From positions 1 to 64,000 of IMG/VR virus record IMGVR_UViG_3300023174_004816: a stretch of 64,000 nt of DNA. One strand, given 5' to 3'. A program made the position numbers and the translations under genes. Numbering within the stretch: the stretch's first letter is position 1; each line of letters starts with the position of its first letter. This stretch comes from a virus. Lineage: Duplodnaviria; Heunggongvirae; Uroviricota; Caudoviricetes. This document shows positions 46,536 through 56,064 of the stretch, piece by piece. The notes under the pieces were generated by a model. It did not search any database and had not been told where the DNA came from. It saw nothing but the letters and a program-made list of their open reading frames with translations.

Positions 46536-47248
46536 TGTTGACATTATTCTTATATATCCTGGTGATGACACACATCACCATAGCTTGTGTTACACTTTAT
46601 CTGCATCGCAGTCAAGCACATAGAGGTGTGACATTTGACCCACGAGTGAGTCATTTCATGCGTTTTTGGCTATGGCTCACAACAGGCATGGTCACCAAAC
46701 AGTGGGTGGCCACACACCGTAAGCATCACAGATTCACTGATGCAGAGGGTGATCCACACAGCCCTAAAAACGAGGGCATTTGGCAGATCTTGCTGGGCGG
46801 TGCTTTCTACTATGCCTGGGCAGCCAAAGATCGCCAAATGGTGGAACAGTATGGCGCGGGCACTCCTGACGACTGGATGGAACGCCAGGTCTACACACCA
46901 TTTAACTTTGTGGGCATAGTGTTGATGTTTTTTATCAACTGCATGATATTTGGCTGGGCCTGGGGATGGTTGCCCTGGCTATGGCAAATGATTTGGATTC
47001 CGCTGTGGGCCGCTGGAGTGATCAACGGATTGGGGCACTGGTGGGGATATCGCAACACCCAAACCCGAGACTACTCCACCAACATTGTGCCCTGGGCATT
47101 CTTTATTGGTGGAGAAGAACTACACAACAATCACCATGCTGATCCAGCTAGTCCCAAACTCAGCGTGAAGAAATGGGAATGGGATCTGGGCTGGACCTAT
47201 ATCAAAGGTCTGGAACGATTTGGTCTAGCAACCTTACGCACAAACTGA
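46535..47248 (+). CDS. membrane fatty-acid (acyl-CoA/acyl-lipid delta-9 type) desaturase
   Basis: Three His boxes: HRSQAHR, HRKHHRFTDAEGDPHSP and HNNHHADP. Confidence 0.8.
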   Translation: MLTLFLYILVMTHITIACVTLYLHRSQAHRGVTFDPRVSHFMRFWLWLTTGMVTKQWVATHRKHHRFTDAEGDPHSPKNEGIWQILLGGAFYYAWAAKDRQMVEQYGAGTPDDWMERQVYTPFNFVGIVLMFFINCMIFGWAWGWLPWLWQMIWIPLWAAGVINGLGHWWGYRNTQTRDYSTNIVPWAFFIGGEELHNNHHADPASPKLSVKKWEWDLGWTYIKGLERFGLATLRTN

Positions 47249-47284
47249 TTTAGCCAAAATCCATAATATTGGTATATATTTTTG

Positions 47285-47383
47285 TTGCATTGCAACATAA
47301 CTATCATATATAATAGTTCAAAGGAGATGCCGCATAGGGTGGGTCTCCTAGCAGTAAACTCGCTTAACCTAAGGAGAAACACT
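47285..47383 (+). promoter_or_regulatory. promoter TTGCAT-18-TATAAT (with a GTTGCATTGCAAC palindrome) plus a leader hairpin containing a decoy SD
   Basis: -35 at 47285-47290 and -10 at 47309-47314; leader hairpin AGGAGA...TCTCCT precedes the real SD TAAGGAGAAAC. Confidence 0.5.
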
Positions 47384-47659
47384 ATGTTTTCATATGACGC
47401 GACAATCGATGCAGTACAAACCGGTAAGAAGCAATTTGTAAAAACTTTCATCACAGACGAAAAGATTGCAGACGCACTCAACCAATTTATTGACAACCAA
47501 ACTGAGTACACCAAAAAAGCTGTCAAAGCTACTTTGGATGCAGGTACCACTGTAGTTCAAGAAACTGTCAAGCACAGCCAAGAAGCTGCCAAGTTTGATT
47601 ACACCAAATTTGGTGAAGGTATCATGAAGGCCTATTCAGCCCAAACCAAAGGCAAGTAA
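47384..47659 (+). CDS. small hypothetical protein (likely highly expressed)
   Basis: 91 aa; strong promoter, AAGGAGA RBS and a downstream terminator. Confidence 0.5.
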   Translation: MFSYDATIDAVQTGKKQFVKTFITDEKIADALNQFIDNQTEYTKKAVKATLDAGTTVVQETVKHSQEAAKFDYTKFGEGIMKAYSAQTKGK

Positions 47660-47693
47660 ATCGGTAAAATTCGGTTAACTTTCTGATAGACCA

Positions 47694-47738
47694 GAAAATC
47701 CTACTTGTGTAATAATACACACATGGTAGGATTTTTTA
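47694..47738 (+). terminator. rho-independent terminator
   Basis: AAAATCCTAC...GTAGGATTTTTT stem with a T-run. Confidence 0.6.
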
Positions 47739-47761
47739 TGACCAATCTTTTGGGAGAATCT

Positions 47762-47884
47762 ATGAAGCACTTGGTTATTGCATTATTTGTGGCCTGTTTG
47801 ACAGGTTGTGGTACGGTTGGAGGCATGGTTTCCGGTGCTGGTTCCGATCTTTCTAAAGCCGGAGAATGGATCAAATCTAAATGA
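47762..47884 (+). CDS. entericidin-like small lipoprotein (40 aa)
   Basis: MKHLVIALFVACLTGCGTVGGMVSGAGSDLSKAGEWIKSK resembles EcnA/EcnB (LTGCNTARGFGEDIKHLG); GGGAGA RBS; ATGA-coupled to the next gene. Confidence 0.45.
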   Translation: MKHLVIALFVACLTGCGTVGGMVSGAGSDLSKAGEWIKSK

Positions 47885-48561
47885 AAAAGACAGCACTCTA
47901 TCTTGCCCTGGTCACTGCCCTGGGTCTTACGGCCTGTAGTTCAACCAAGACCGCTGATGTGGGATCTGGCAATGCAGTGCCACCAGGCGCACAACAAGCC
48001 ATTTCTGAACAACGTGCGGCATCAGACTTCAAACGTGAAGGTGTGCGAGTGATCTATTCGTTCACTGGCAATCTTGAAGCAGTGGAGGCTGTGGGCTATG
48101 CTCCGGTGTGGGGCAACAGTCAAAATGCTGTCCAGCAAGCCTACGAAACAGCGTATGTATTGGCCAAGGATCGCATGAGCTCATTCCTGCATCCAGAAAC
48201 TCTTACATCCAAGCGTGTGGTAGATACCATTGCCAAGAACTTGGAAAAAGCCCGTGACAACAAGACCAACAAGTTTGCCACAAACAAAAATCAAGACTTT
48301 GCGTTTGAAACCGCAGACACTGATGTGGCCCGAGAAGGCGAAGTCAATCGCGAAGAAAACACAGCGGTGCGCAATGATGCACTCAACATCGCGTCAAACA
48401 TCCGTACCACAGTGAGCATCCAGCGTTCAGGTATCTTGGGCGGTGTGGTACTCAAAGAAGGCCGAGTGATCAATGACGGCAAAAATGTACAAGTGATTGT
48501 GCGTTGGGATCGCAAAGACAACAGCCAGCGTCGTGTGGTCCTTAAAGAAATGATGCAGTGA
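47881..48561 (+). CDS. lipoprotein, function unknown
   Basis: Signal peptide plus lipobox LTACSS. Confidence 0.5.
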   Translation: MKKTALYLALVTALGLTACSSTKTADVGSGNAVPPGAQQAISEQRAASDFKREGVRVIYSFTGNLEAVEAVGYAPVWGNSQNAVQQAYETAYVLAKDRMSSFLHPETLTSKRVVDTIAKNLEKARDNKTNKFATNKNQDFAFETADTDVAREGEVNREENTAVRNDALNIASNIRTTVSIQRSGILGGVVLKEGRVINDGKNVQVIVRWDRKDNSQRRVVLKEMMQ

Positions 48562-49658
48562 TGCGGTCTTTAGCACTGGCACTGGCTGTGATATTTTCGG
48601 CCAGTGTGTCAGCGCAGACTGCTGACACAGCATCTATGTTAAAACCAAACCCTGTGAGTGTGGTAATCACAGTGGTTCCCTGGTTGCTCAAAGACAGCGA
48701 ACGTTACTATTTTGTCACTGCCAAGGGCTATGGTCGTACCACTGACGAAGCTCGCACTCAAGCTCTAAGAGCCGCAGTAGATCAAGCAGTGGGCAGTGTT
48801 GTAAATTCTGAGCGTGAAGTCAAAGATCAACGTCTTGAACGCAGTGAAGTGGTACAGTATGCCGCAGGTTTTGTGGATCGTTATGAAGTCAAACAGGTTG
48901 AGCAAGAAAACGGTTTTGTGGCCATGACTGTGGATGTCTATGTCAAGCGTAGCAGGCTCACAGATCGGTTGTTGGGCGATCATCGTACTCCGGGCCGAAT
49001 AGATGGCGAGCGACTACAAGCTCAAACTGAAACTTTGAATCACAGTCGCCAACAAGGAGATCGGTTGCTGGCCATGGTACTGGCAGATTTTCCCCGACGA
49101 GCATTTGAGATTGAGCAAGGGCCCAGTAGAGTCTACTACACTGATCAACGACAACAACAACTAGAACTCAGTTTTAAGTTAAAGTGGCGTCATGCGTATT
49201 TGGAAAATCTACGTGAAGCCCTGGCCACTGTGAGTCAAAACGCCAACGCTGGCGATTGCTTGGGATTGTATGCCCGGAAGTGTTCCTATCAAGGCTATGT
49301 CACAATCAAAGCTCGCCCAGGCAAGCACGGATGGAGCCGCAGTGCGGCCTTTGATGATTCTGTTACTTTGAACATGGTACACCAAAATTTGATAGAAAGT
49401 CGCCCTGCTGTGCTGATCACTATCAACGATCAACAAGGGCGCAGAGTTTGGTCTGGATGTCAACGCTGGAGCGAGCTAGACAACGAAATGTCCGGTTATG
49501 TACCCAATGAGCGACTGCTACAACCCACCGGTGATGGCATACAAATCAACGGATATTTGACCCTGGATGCACGGGTGCCCTTTAATCTTACGCCCACTAC
49601 ACCGATGTTAGATCAGGTAAAAATGGAGGTTGTACGGGCCAACCAGTGCTCGAATTAA
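48558..49658 (+). CDS. secreted hypothetical protein
   Basis: Signal peptide MMRSLALALAVIFSASVSAQT; ATGA overlap. Confidence 0.45.
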   Translation: MMRSLALALAVIFSASVSAQTADTASMLKPNPVSVVITVVPWLLKDSERYYFVTAKGYGRTTDEARTQALRAAVDQAVGSVVNSEREVKDQRLERSEVVQYAAGFVDRYEVKQVEQENGFVAMTVDVYVKRSRLTDRLLGDHRTPGRIDGERLQAQTETLNHSRQQGDRLLAMVLADFPRRAFEIEQGPSRVYYTDQRQQQLELSFKLKWRHAYLENLREALATVSQNANAGDCLGLYARKCSYQGYVTIKARPGKHGWSRSAAFDDSVTLNMVHQNLIESRPAVLITINDQQGRRVWSGCQRWSELDNEMSGYVPNERLLQPTGDGIQINGYLTLDARVPFNLTPTTPMLDQVKMEVVRANQCSN

Positions 49659-49751
49659 CTATGCCGATTTTGAATTTGCTCATAAGTACGTGAGCTGTTC
49701 AGAATCTATGTTATAATGTACATACTTTATGAACAGGACCATTTCTAAATT

Positions 49752-50333
49752 ATGTCAGCGATGATTCAAGAAAAAGACGATCTTACATACTCTCCGGGTG
49801 ACGATCTTAAAAAGAGCGGCATCTATACCTTCATGGGCGATGTTGATTCAGAATCCATGTTGCCCATTATCGAGTGGATTTTGCACGAAAATTACATTGT
49901 CAAGAAAAAGAAAAAAGAACTGATCTTGATGATCTGTAGCAACGGTGGCGACATGGAAAATGCCTTTGCACTAATTGATGTAATGAAGAGCAGTGGTATA
50001 CCTATCAAAACAGTAGGACTGGGACAAATAGCCAGTTGCGGACTGTTGATATTCCTAGCAGGAACTCATGGTCGTAGAGTTCTTACACCCAATACATCAA
50101 TATTGAGTCATCAGTATTCATGGGGCAGTGACGGCAAGCATCACGAGCTATTTGCTATAACCAAAGAGTTTGGCTTGGCACAGCAACGTATGATCGATCA
50201 TTACTGTGAAACCACAGGGCTAGATGAAGAAACTGTTAAAACAAAATTGTTGCCACCCAATGATGTTTGGCTCAGTGCTCTAGAAGCCAAAGAACTAGGT
50301 GTCTGCGATCACATCGCACACATCATACGTTAA
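49752..50333 (+). CDS. divergent ClpP-family (S14) protease paralogue
   Basis: GLGQIASCGLLIFLAG (cf. GQAASMG) and SHQY (cf. IHQP) retain the Ser/His positions. Confidence 0.55.
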   Translation: MSAMIQEKDDLTYSPGDDLKKSGIYTFMGDVDSESMLPIIEWILHENYIVKKKKKELILMICSNGGDMENAFALIDVMKSSGIPIKTVGLGQIASCGLLIFLAGTHGRRVLTPNTSILSHQYSWGSDGKHHELFAITKEFGLAQQRMIDHYCETTGLDEETVKTKLLPPNDVWLSALEAKELGVCDHIAHIIR

Positions 50334-51907
50334 AAACTTTTTCTTTTCTTGCGCCCAAAAGCACTGGCATCATCTGCTGGTGCTTTTTGTTTTGTGTCTG
50401 CGGCTTTGATGTCACTACGTGGTGGAATAAAGTCGACAAGTTCACCTGCACGACTTGGTCCTGGTGCATCTGTTGTGGCGCCTTGCTCTACGTTAGGCAC
50501 TGCTTTGGGTTCTTTGTTGATGTTGAATACCAACTTACCACCTGAGCTAGAAGTTGAACTATAGCTCTTTTGAGCTTCTAGTGTAACGTTGGTAAACAGT
50601 TTGCTGGGCCATACAGTGGTGAATCCCTTGATCACAAACTGATCACCCTTTTGTGTGGCATCAGTATACATCTGTACAAAAGCTGAATTATTAAGAATGT
50701 CAGCGGCTGCTTCTGAAAAGTTAGTTTTGGTATTGATCTCGTTGCATACCTTGTAGGCAATTGAAGCCACCATGTGATTGAGTGGGACTACTTTGCTAGG
50801 ATCTTCTGCTGTGCGCTCTTTGTATATTTTCTTTAGATTGTCACTGAGATTAGTGTCGTCAATGTCAAACCCGGGTTGCCCTGCATATTGTTTTAAACTC
50901 ATTACTTGTTCTGCTTCGTTCCCATCAATCATGTCTAGATTGATAGCCAATTCCAATGGACCGCTGTCATGATTGCCTTTGTCAATTATTTCCAGTATCT
51001 CAATAATTTCTTGATAGGGTTCTATAATATTGCCCAATCCGGCTTGTTCAAGTTCACGTGCAGATTTAAGCAAGTTAATCACCGATGCCATGGCACCTTT
51101 GGCGCCTTTGCTGGATAGTTTGATCTGTTTGCCTTCTGGATTGACCAAGAGAGAATCATACAGCGTACCTGACACATTGGTGTTAAAACTCACAACGCAG
51201 TCTGCAAATCCATTTTGACCCATAAACACTTCAGCGGCCTTGGCAGCATTGCCTTTGACTGGAGCACCATTGATCAGCACACAGGGCTGTAGCATCTCGC
51301 AGAAGTAATCGCGGAACCCTTTGAAGTCCATGTTGCCTGCTGGAACCAGCACAGGAAACTGTGTGGCATCAACAATGATCAAGGCCGCATTGTATTCATC
51401 ACTTTGATCACCAAACTTGGCAGCAATCTGTGACAATATAGTATCAGGTGTTTGACTACGAAAATCTGTCAACACATCACTGGGCTTGTAACCAGCTTTT
51501 TCTTTGGATCCGCGAGCATCAGTTTGACTGAACCCGCCGGGTATGTCTTTGGTTTGGAAAAATGTATTCTGTGTACGTACAGGTTTGATGTCTGAGGCAA
51601 ATTTTACTAGGTATCTACGACCCACATAGGTATCAAAGCTGGCAACACCAAATGCTCGTGTTCTAGATGAAGGTTGATTGACTTTTTCAAACTTTCGACC
51701 CATCTCTGTTTCCAGTTGATCCAGTATGTCAAGCATTTCTTCCATGCTGTCGTATGCTCCAGATTCTGGATAAAAATCCAGACTTTGAAAAGTTATTTTA
51801 TCGTCGTCGGCATCACTGCCAATACGAGCATATATTTCGCCAGGTTTACGGGCACTCAAACCACGAGATTCTGACAAGGTGTCAACTAGATTTAGTAAGT
51901 CTCTCAT
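50330..51907 (-). CDS. hypothetical 525-aa protein between the two clpP paralogues
   Basis: Long minus-strand ORF; no recognisable motif. Confidence 0.5.
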   Translation of the reverse strand: MRDLLNLVDTLSESRGLSARKPGEIYARIGSDADDDKITFQSLDFYPESGAYDSMEEMLDILDQLETEMGRKFEKVNQPSSRTRAFGVASFDTYVGRRYLVKFASDIKPVRTQNTFFQTKDIPGGFSQTDARGSKEKAGYKPSDVLTDFRSQTPDTILSQIAAKFGDQSDEYNAALIIVDATQFPVLVPAGNMDFKGFRDYFCEMLQPCVLINGAPVKGNAAKAAEVFMGQNGFADCVVSFNTNVSGTLYDSLLVNPEGKQIKLSSKGAKGAMASVINLLKSARELEQAGLGNIIEPYQEIIEILEIIDKGNHDSGPLELAINLDMIDGNEAEQVMSLKQYAGQPGFDIDDTNLSDNLKKIYKERTAEDPSKVVPLNHMVASIAYKVCNEINTKTNFSEAAADILNNSAFVQMYTDATQKGDQFVIKGFTTVWPSKLFTNVTLEAQKSYSSTSSSGGKLVFNINKEPKAVPNVEQGATTDAPGPSRAGELVDFIPPRSDIKAADTKQKAPADDASAFGRKKRKSF

Positions 51908-51968
51908 TGCAATTCTTTTCTATGTATGCTATACTTATCTAGGATACTTACATTATCAAGGAGAAATA

Positions 51969-52562
51969 ATGCCAAATTTTGTGCCAACCGTGCTAGAAAA
52001 AACCTCAAACGGTGAACGTGCTTACGACATTTACAGTCGCTTACTCAAAGACCGGGTGATCATGTTGGACACTGATGTCAACGAACACTCAGCTTCGCTG
52101 ATCGTGGCACAGATGCTGTTTTTAGAAGCAGAAAATCCAGACAAAGATATCTCATTTTACATCAATAGCCCAGGCGGTGTTATCACAGCTGGTATGGCTA
52201 TCTATGACACCATGCAGTTTATCAAGTGTGATGTGCAGACCATTGTCATGGGTCAGGCCTGTAGCATGGGTAGTTTCCTAGCCACAGCAGGTGCCGCAGG
52301 CAAACGCATGATGTTGCCTTATGCACGACACATGATACATCAACCATCAGGTGGCGCTCGTGGTATGCAAAGCGACATTGAAATCCAGTACAAGGAAATT
52401 ACCAAGATGAAACACATCCTTACTGAACTGTATGTCAAACATAACACAGCAGGCAAGACCTATCAAGACTTTGAACGTGACATGGATCGTGATACATTTA
52501 TGTCAGCTCAAGAAGCTTTGGCGTATGGTCTGATAGATCGTATTATCGAACATCGAGAATAA
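51969..52562 (+). CDS. clpP: ATP-dependent Clp protease proteolytic subunit ClpP (canonical)
   Basis: [29 protein letters not shown] (Ser) and MIHQPSGG (His); AAGGAGAAATA-ATG; the ORF-track start 51879 is probably too far upstream. Confidence 0.88.
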   Translation: MPNFVPTVLEKTSNGERAYDIYSRLLKDRVIMLDTDVNEHSASLIVAQMLFLEAENPDKDISFYINSPGGVITAGMAIYDTMQFIKCDVQTIVMGQACSMGSFLATAGAAGKRMMLPYARHMIHQPSGGARGMQSDIEIQYKEITKMKHILTELYVKHNTAGKTYQDFERDMDRDTFMSAQEALAYGLIDRIIEHRE

Positions 52563-53851
52563 TGAGTTTCAAAGATAACTTTTGTCCAAGCCCATGGTTA
52601 CACACTAGAATCAACAATGTTGGTAACTATGAGTTTTGTCGATGGGCAGTCAAGCACGACCGACAGGAGCTTCCAAGCATAACGACACAAAGTCCCATTC
52701 ATTGGTTCCAGCATGGAATGCGTGACCTGCGTCAGCAAATGCTTGATGGTGAAAAGATTGATGGCTGTGCAGAATGTCATACCATGGAACAACACGGCAA
52801 GGTTTCAGGACGACAACGTCAATTACTTAAGATTGGGGTGACACTCGAAGACTTTGAAAAAACTATGTTGAGTTCCCCGTGGCTCAACGAATTTAAAAAT
52901 ACCAAGTCTAAAAACGGATTCACTGATCAGTTACCGCAAGACTGGCAGATTGACCTTGGAAATTTTTGTAACAGTGCCTGTGTTTTTTGTAGTCCTCACT
53001 CAAGTTCTCGCATGGCCAGTGAGTTTAAAAAAATTGGAATCATTGATCGATTACCGCCAAGTTCTTGGTGTGATGATCCGGCCAGTCTTGAATTGTTTAC
53101 TAGAACATTAGAAAATACTCCCAAACTAGCGTACTTGCATTTCATTGGTGGCGAGACTTTGATTACACCAGCCTTTAAGGTAATACTGCAAACGTTGATC
53201 AACAATGGGTTGAGTTCGAAGATTGGCCTGGGATTCACTACCAATCTCACAGTTTGGGATCAGAGCATTGTTGATCTTTTGGTCCAGTTCAAAGAAATCA
53301 ATCTTGGGTTGAGTATAGAATGTGTTCACCCTCTCAACGACTATGTACGGTACGGTGGCAAAATAGATCAAACCATGGCAATACTAGAGAGATGGCTGGA
53401 AGTAGCCAAATCTAATTCATGGCTATCACAGTTACGCATCACGCCCACCATGCTGAGCATTTGGCATTTAGATACAGTGTACGAATATGCCATGGAACGA
53501 GAATTATCAATTGAAAGCTGTAATTTTTTAAGCGATCCTGTTTTTATGCGTCCTAGTGTGCTACCAATGGAATATAGATCAATGATTCTATCAAAACTAA
53601 ACAATTGGATAGCAAAATATTCACAGCAATCTACAAAAACAATAGTCAACACCAGAGACCCAAACAACGCAAAAAATCAAGTTTTACTGGATGCCCAAAG
53701 TTATGTCAATTATCTGATCAACGAGCCCGATGAAAGTTATAGATTGCCCGAGTTGGTTGACTATTTGAAAAAATTAGAACAGAGTCGTAAAAACAACATA
53801 CTGGATTACCTACCTGAATATGAACAACTTCTTAGATCTGTTGGATACTGA
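52562..53851 (+). CDS. radical SAM enzyme with an N-terminal Cys-rich (Zn-ribbon/SPASM-like) region
   Basis: CNSACVFC CxxxCxxC motif; additional Cys cluster CPSPW...C..C..CAEC; ATGA overlap with clpP. Confidence 0.6.
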   Translation: MSFKDNFCPSPWLHTRINNVGNYEFCRWAVKHDRQELPSITTQSPIHWFQHGMRDLRQQMLDGEKIDGCAECHTMEQHGKVSGRQRQLLKIGVTLEDFEKTMLSSPWLNEFKNTKSKNGFTDQLPQDWQIDLGNFCNSACVFCSPHSSSRMASEFKKIGIIDRLPPSSWCDDPASLELFTRTLENTPKLAYLHFIGGETLITPAFKVILQTLINNGLSSKIGLGFTTNLTVWDQSIVDLLVQFKEINLGLSIECVHPLNDYVRYGGKIDQTMAILERWLEVAKSNSWLSQLRITPTMLSIWHLDTVYEYAMERELSIESCNFLSDPVFMRPSVLPMEYRSMILSKLNNWIAKYSQQSTKTIVNTRDPNNAKNQVLLDAQSYVNYLINEPDESYRLPELVDYLKKLEQSRKNNILDYLPEYEQLLRSVGY

Positions 53852-54275
53852 CTGTCAGATTAACGTGACTTTGAAACTGGGAGTGATCCATGACAATGGC
53901 TACCCCGGAGTCTCTGTCAGAGTCAATGATAATGTGATTGAATACCTACAACTAACAAAATCAGTGGAGCATCAATTTGATATTCCATTGTTAGATCCTA
54001 TAGAGATTGAAATATCTATCAAAGACAAACAGTATTCAGAAATTAAGGAAACCGCTGTTTTGATAGATTCAATGAACATTGACGGTTTTGAGATAGTCCC
54101 GCAATGGACTCACCTTGCTGAATACCACAGTGAACGTGGTTTACAAGGACCCACGTCATATCTAGGAATCAATGGCAGTTGGAAGTTGACCATAGATCGG
54201 CCATTTTATCAATGGCGACATCATGTTACCGATCAAGGTTGGTTGCTGGAACCTATTTCTTACGAGGAAAGTTGA
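53820..54275 (+). CDS. hypothetical protein
   Basis: 151-aa ORF overlapping the radical SAM end. Confidence 0.4.
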   Translation: MNNFLDLLDTDCQINVTLKLGVIHDNGYPGVSVRVNDNVIEYLQLTKSVEHQFDIPLLDPIEIEISIKDKQYSEIKETAVLIDSMNIDGFEIVPQWTHLAEYHSERGLQGPTSYLGINGSWKLTIDRPFYQWRHHVTDQGWLLEPISYEES

Positions 54276-54319
54276 GCTGTTCCCACTCTTCGTCGGTCAC
54301 AGGCCACCATTGTTGTGCA

Positions 54320-54454
54320 TCAACTAGCACGACTATAAACCTCTTTGGCTTCGTTGATCTTGCCGTTGCGAGCTAAGTCGGCCGCATACTTGGCTTCGCC
54401 TAGAGCGCATAAAAACTCCCAAACAGCTGACATTGTTGATTTTACGATTTTCAT
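54320..54454 (-). CDS. small hypothetical ORF (44 aa), convergent
   Basis: Minus-strand ATG with a weak AAAGGA RBS in an otherwise ORF-free 380-bp gap. Confidence 0.2.
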   Translation of the reverse strand: MKIVKSTMSAVWEFLCALGEAKYAADLARNGKINEAKEVYSRAS

Positions 54455-54558
54455 ATATTTTCCTTTTGAGTAAATGTTGGTTTAGTAGAGACTCATGGTT
54501 TCTACTGAGATATTTATCTGTTGCATTGCCACAAAATATTAAACTTTTATGACCCTGC

Positions 54559-54657
54559 TAAGTTAGTAGGCACTAACCTTGCGTTTTTGGGCTGGTTGAC
54601 CAGAAATTGCCCATTTTGCTATAATATGGACATACAGTTAGAAAACAGGAGCAAAAG
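54559..54657 (+). promoter_or_regulatory. palindrome (TTAGTaggcACTAA) plus promoter GGTTGACC-18-TATAAT (repeated cassette, copy 2)
   Basis: TTGACC at 54596-54601, TATAAT at 54620-54625, conserved CATACAGTTAGAAAACAGGAG leader. Confidence 0.6.
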
Positions 54658-54930
54658 ATGAGCAAACTTACAGCATACACCTTAGAAATTTACAAAGCTG
54701 ATCGCCGTGTCAAAGAAGGTCGCAGATTGGTTGAAAAGAAGGACTTCTGCCCAGTTACCCGTGATTACATCCAAACAGTGGTCGCGGACAAAACGGCGCA
54801 GGGTTTCATTGTTGAATTACACGAAACCTTTGTGACTCGCACCAACTTGATGGGCGGCGCAGAGTATCAGGAACGCTATGACACGCCTCGCTTTTGCTCA
54901 CCATCATCTGAATCTTACTGGAGCATGTGA
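54658..54930 (+). CDS. hypothetical protein
   Basis: 90-aa ORF downstream of the promoter cassette. Confidence 0.45.
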   Translation: MSKLTAYTLEIYKADRRVKEGRRLVEKKDFCPVTRDYIQTVVADKTAQGFIVELHETFVTRTNLMGGAEYQERYDTPRFCSPSSESYWSM

Positions 54931-54931
54931 T

Positions 54932-55165
54932 ATGGCCTACACCGTTTTCAAACACAATCAAAACTATGGCCCACGCCAGGGCTTGGAAGGCCCGTTCCAC
55001 TATCCCAATGGGCAAGTCTTGTACTACGATCCCAAACAGGGCGAGTATTATGACCCCCGCACGGACTTTTATGTAGACCGTGAAGATGTTGCAAAAATAC
55101 AACAGACTGTATTTGACGCTATTGCACGTGACTACAACGATCCTTGGCGCACAGTGACCGTGTAA
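54932..55165 (+). CDS. hypothetical protein
   Basis: ATG 54932 immediately after the upstream TGA. Confidence 0.4.
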   Translation: MAYTVFKHNQNYGPRQGLEGPFHYPNGQVLYYDPKQGEYYDPRTDFYVDREDVAKIQQTVFDAIARDYNDPWRTVTV

Positions 55166-55172
55166 AAAACGG

Positions 55173-55202
55173 TTGACCAAAAACCCCATTTTCGGCTATA
55201 AT
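55173..55202 (+). promoter_or_regulatory. promoter cGGTTGACC-18-TATAAT
   Basis: TTGACC at 55173-55178, TATAAT at 55197-55202, AGGAGAG RBS before ATG 55233. Confidence 0.55.
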
Positions 55203-55232
55203 ATTAACATAGTAAGAAATTAGGAGAGCTAG

Positions 55233-55565
55233 ATGAAATTGATGATCACAACCCAAGTGCAAGAAAACTACGGTGCCCACGATTGGGACGGTGAAGGTGC
55301 TTGCCCTCAGCGTTGGAAGTTCAAAGGTGGCAACGATTACTCGTATGCCTTGGGCAGTCATGTTCGCAACACTGAAGCTCTGGCTGAGTTGGTTCAAGCT
55401 CTCCGCGATCAGATCGAGTGCGACAACGAAGGTTATCGCGAATACATCCTGGGTTGGTCAGTTGAATCCGACGACTACCTCACAGACTTTGAGCAAAGCC
55501 AGCTCGAATACGAAGGTAAGATCACTTACCGCGCTCAAGAACTCAAATTATTGGAGGCCGCATGA
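55233..55565 (+). CDS. hypothetical acidic protein
   Basis: 110-aa ORF. Confidence 0.45.
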   Translation: MKLMITTQVQENYGAHDWDGEGACPQRWKFKGGNDYSYALGSHVRNTEALAELVQALRDQIECDNEGYREYILGWSVESDDYLTDFEQSQLEYEGKITYRAQELKLLEAA

Positions 55566-55840
55566 ACATCGCCCAAATCAACTCTGCCATCATGCATGGT
55601 GGTTTCACCAACGATCAACTGGATTCCATTCTGTCTGCCATCAAGTTTGCACGTGAGCAGATCCGCAGAGAGGTACGCCGTGAACTCCGAATTGGTTGCA
55701 CAGTGAGCTTTGTCAGCAATCGCAACGGGCAAAAATATTCGGGCAAGGTAGATTCGATCAAGATCAAAAACGCCATTGTGGTCACACCTTTGGGTCGCTA
55801 TCGTGTGCCTTGCAATATGCTCACTGTGGAGAGCGTGTGA
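55562..55840 (+). CDS. hypothetical protein
   Basis: ATGA overlap; 92 aa. Confidence 0.4.
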   Translation: MNIAQINSAIMHGGFTNDQLDSILSAIKFAREQIRREVRRELRIGCTVSFVSNRNGQKYSGKVDSIKIKNAIVVTPLGRYRVPCNMLTVESV

Positions 55841-56064
55841 GATCGGATCGTTTTACTGTAGGCCTTAAGTGGGCCGGAACAGTCATCACTCTGGCTGGTG
55901 CCTTGTGTACCAGTTTGAGAGTGGACCCACTCAACGTCTACCTGCTCAATGTTGGCGCCTTGCTGTTCTTGTGGTGGGCCTTTCGCATCCGTGACCGTGC
56001 CATGATCACTGTGAACGCAGGCCTGCTGGCTATCTATGTTTTGGGATTGTTCTTTTCACGATGA
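55837..56064 (+). CDS. small membrane protein (GTG start, GTGA-coupled)
   Basis: 2 TM helices; the ORF-track start 55696 would overlap the previous gene by 145 nt. Confidence 0.3.
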   Translation: MRSDRFTVGLKWAGTVITLAGALCTSLRVDPLNVYLLNVGALLFLWWAFRIRDRAMITVNAGLLAIYVLGLFFSR

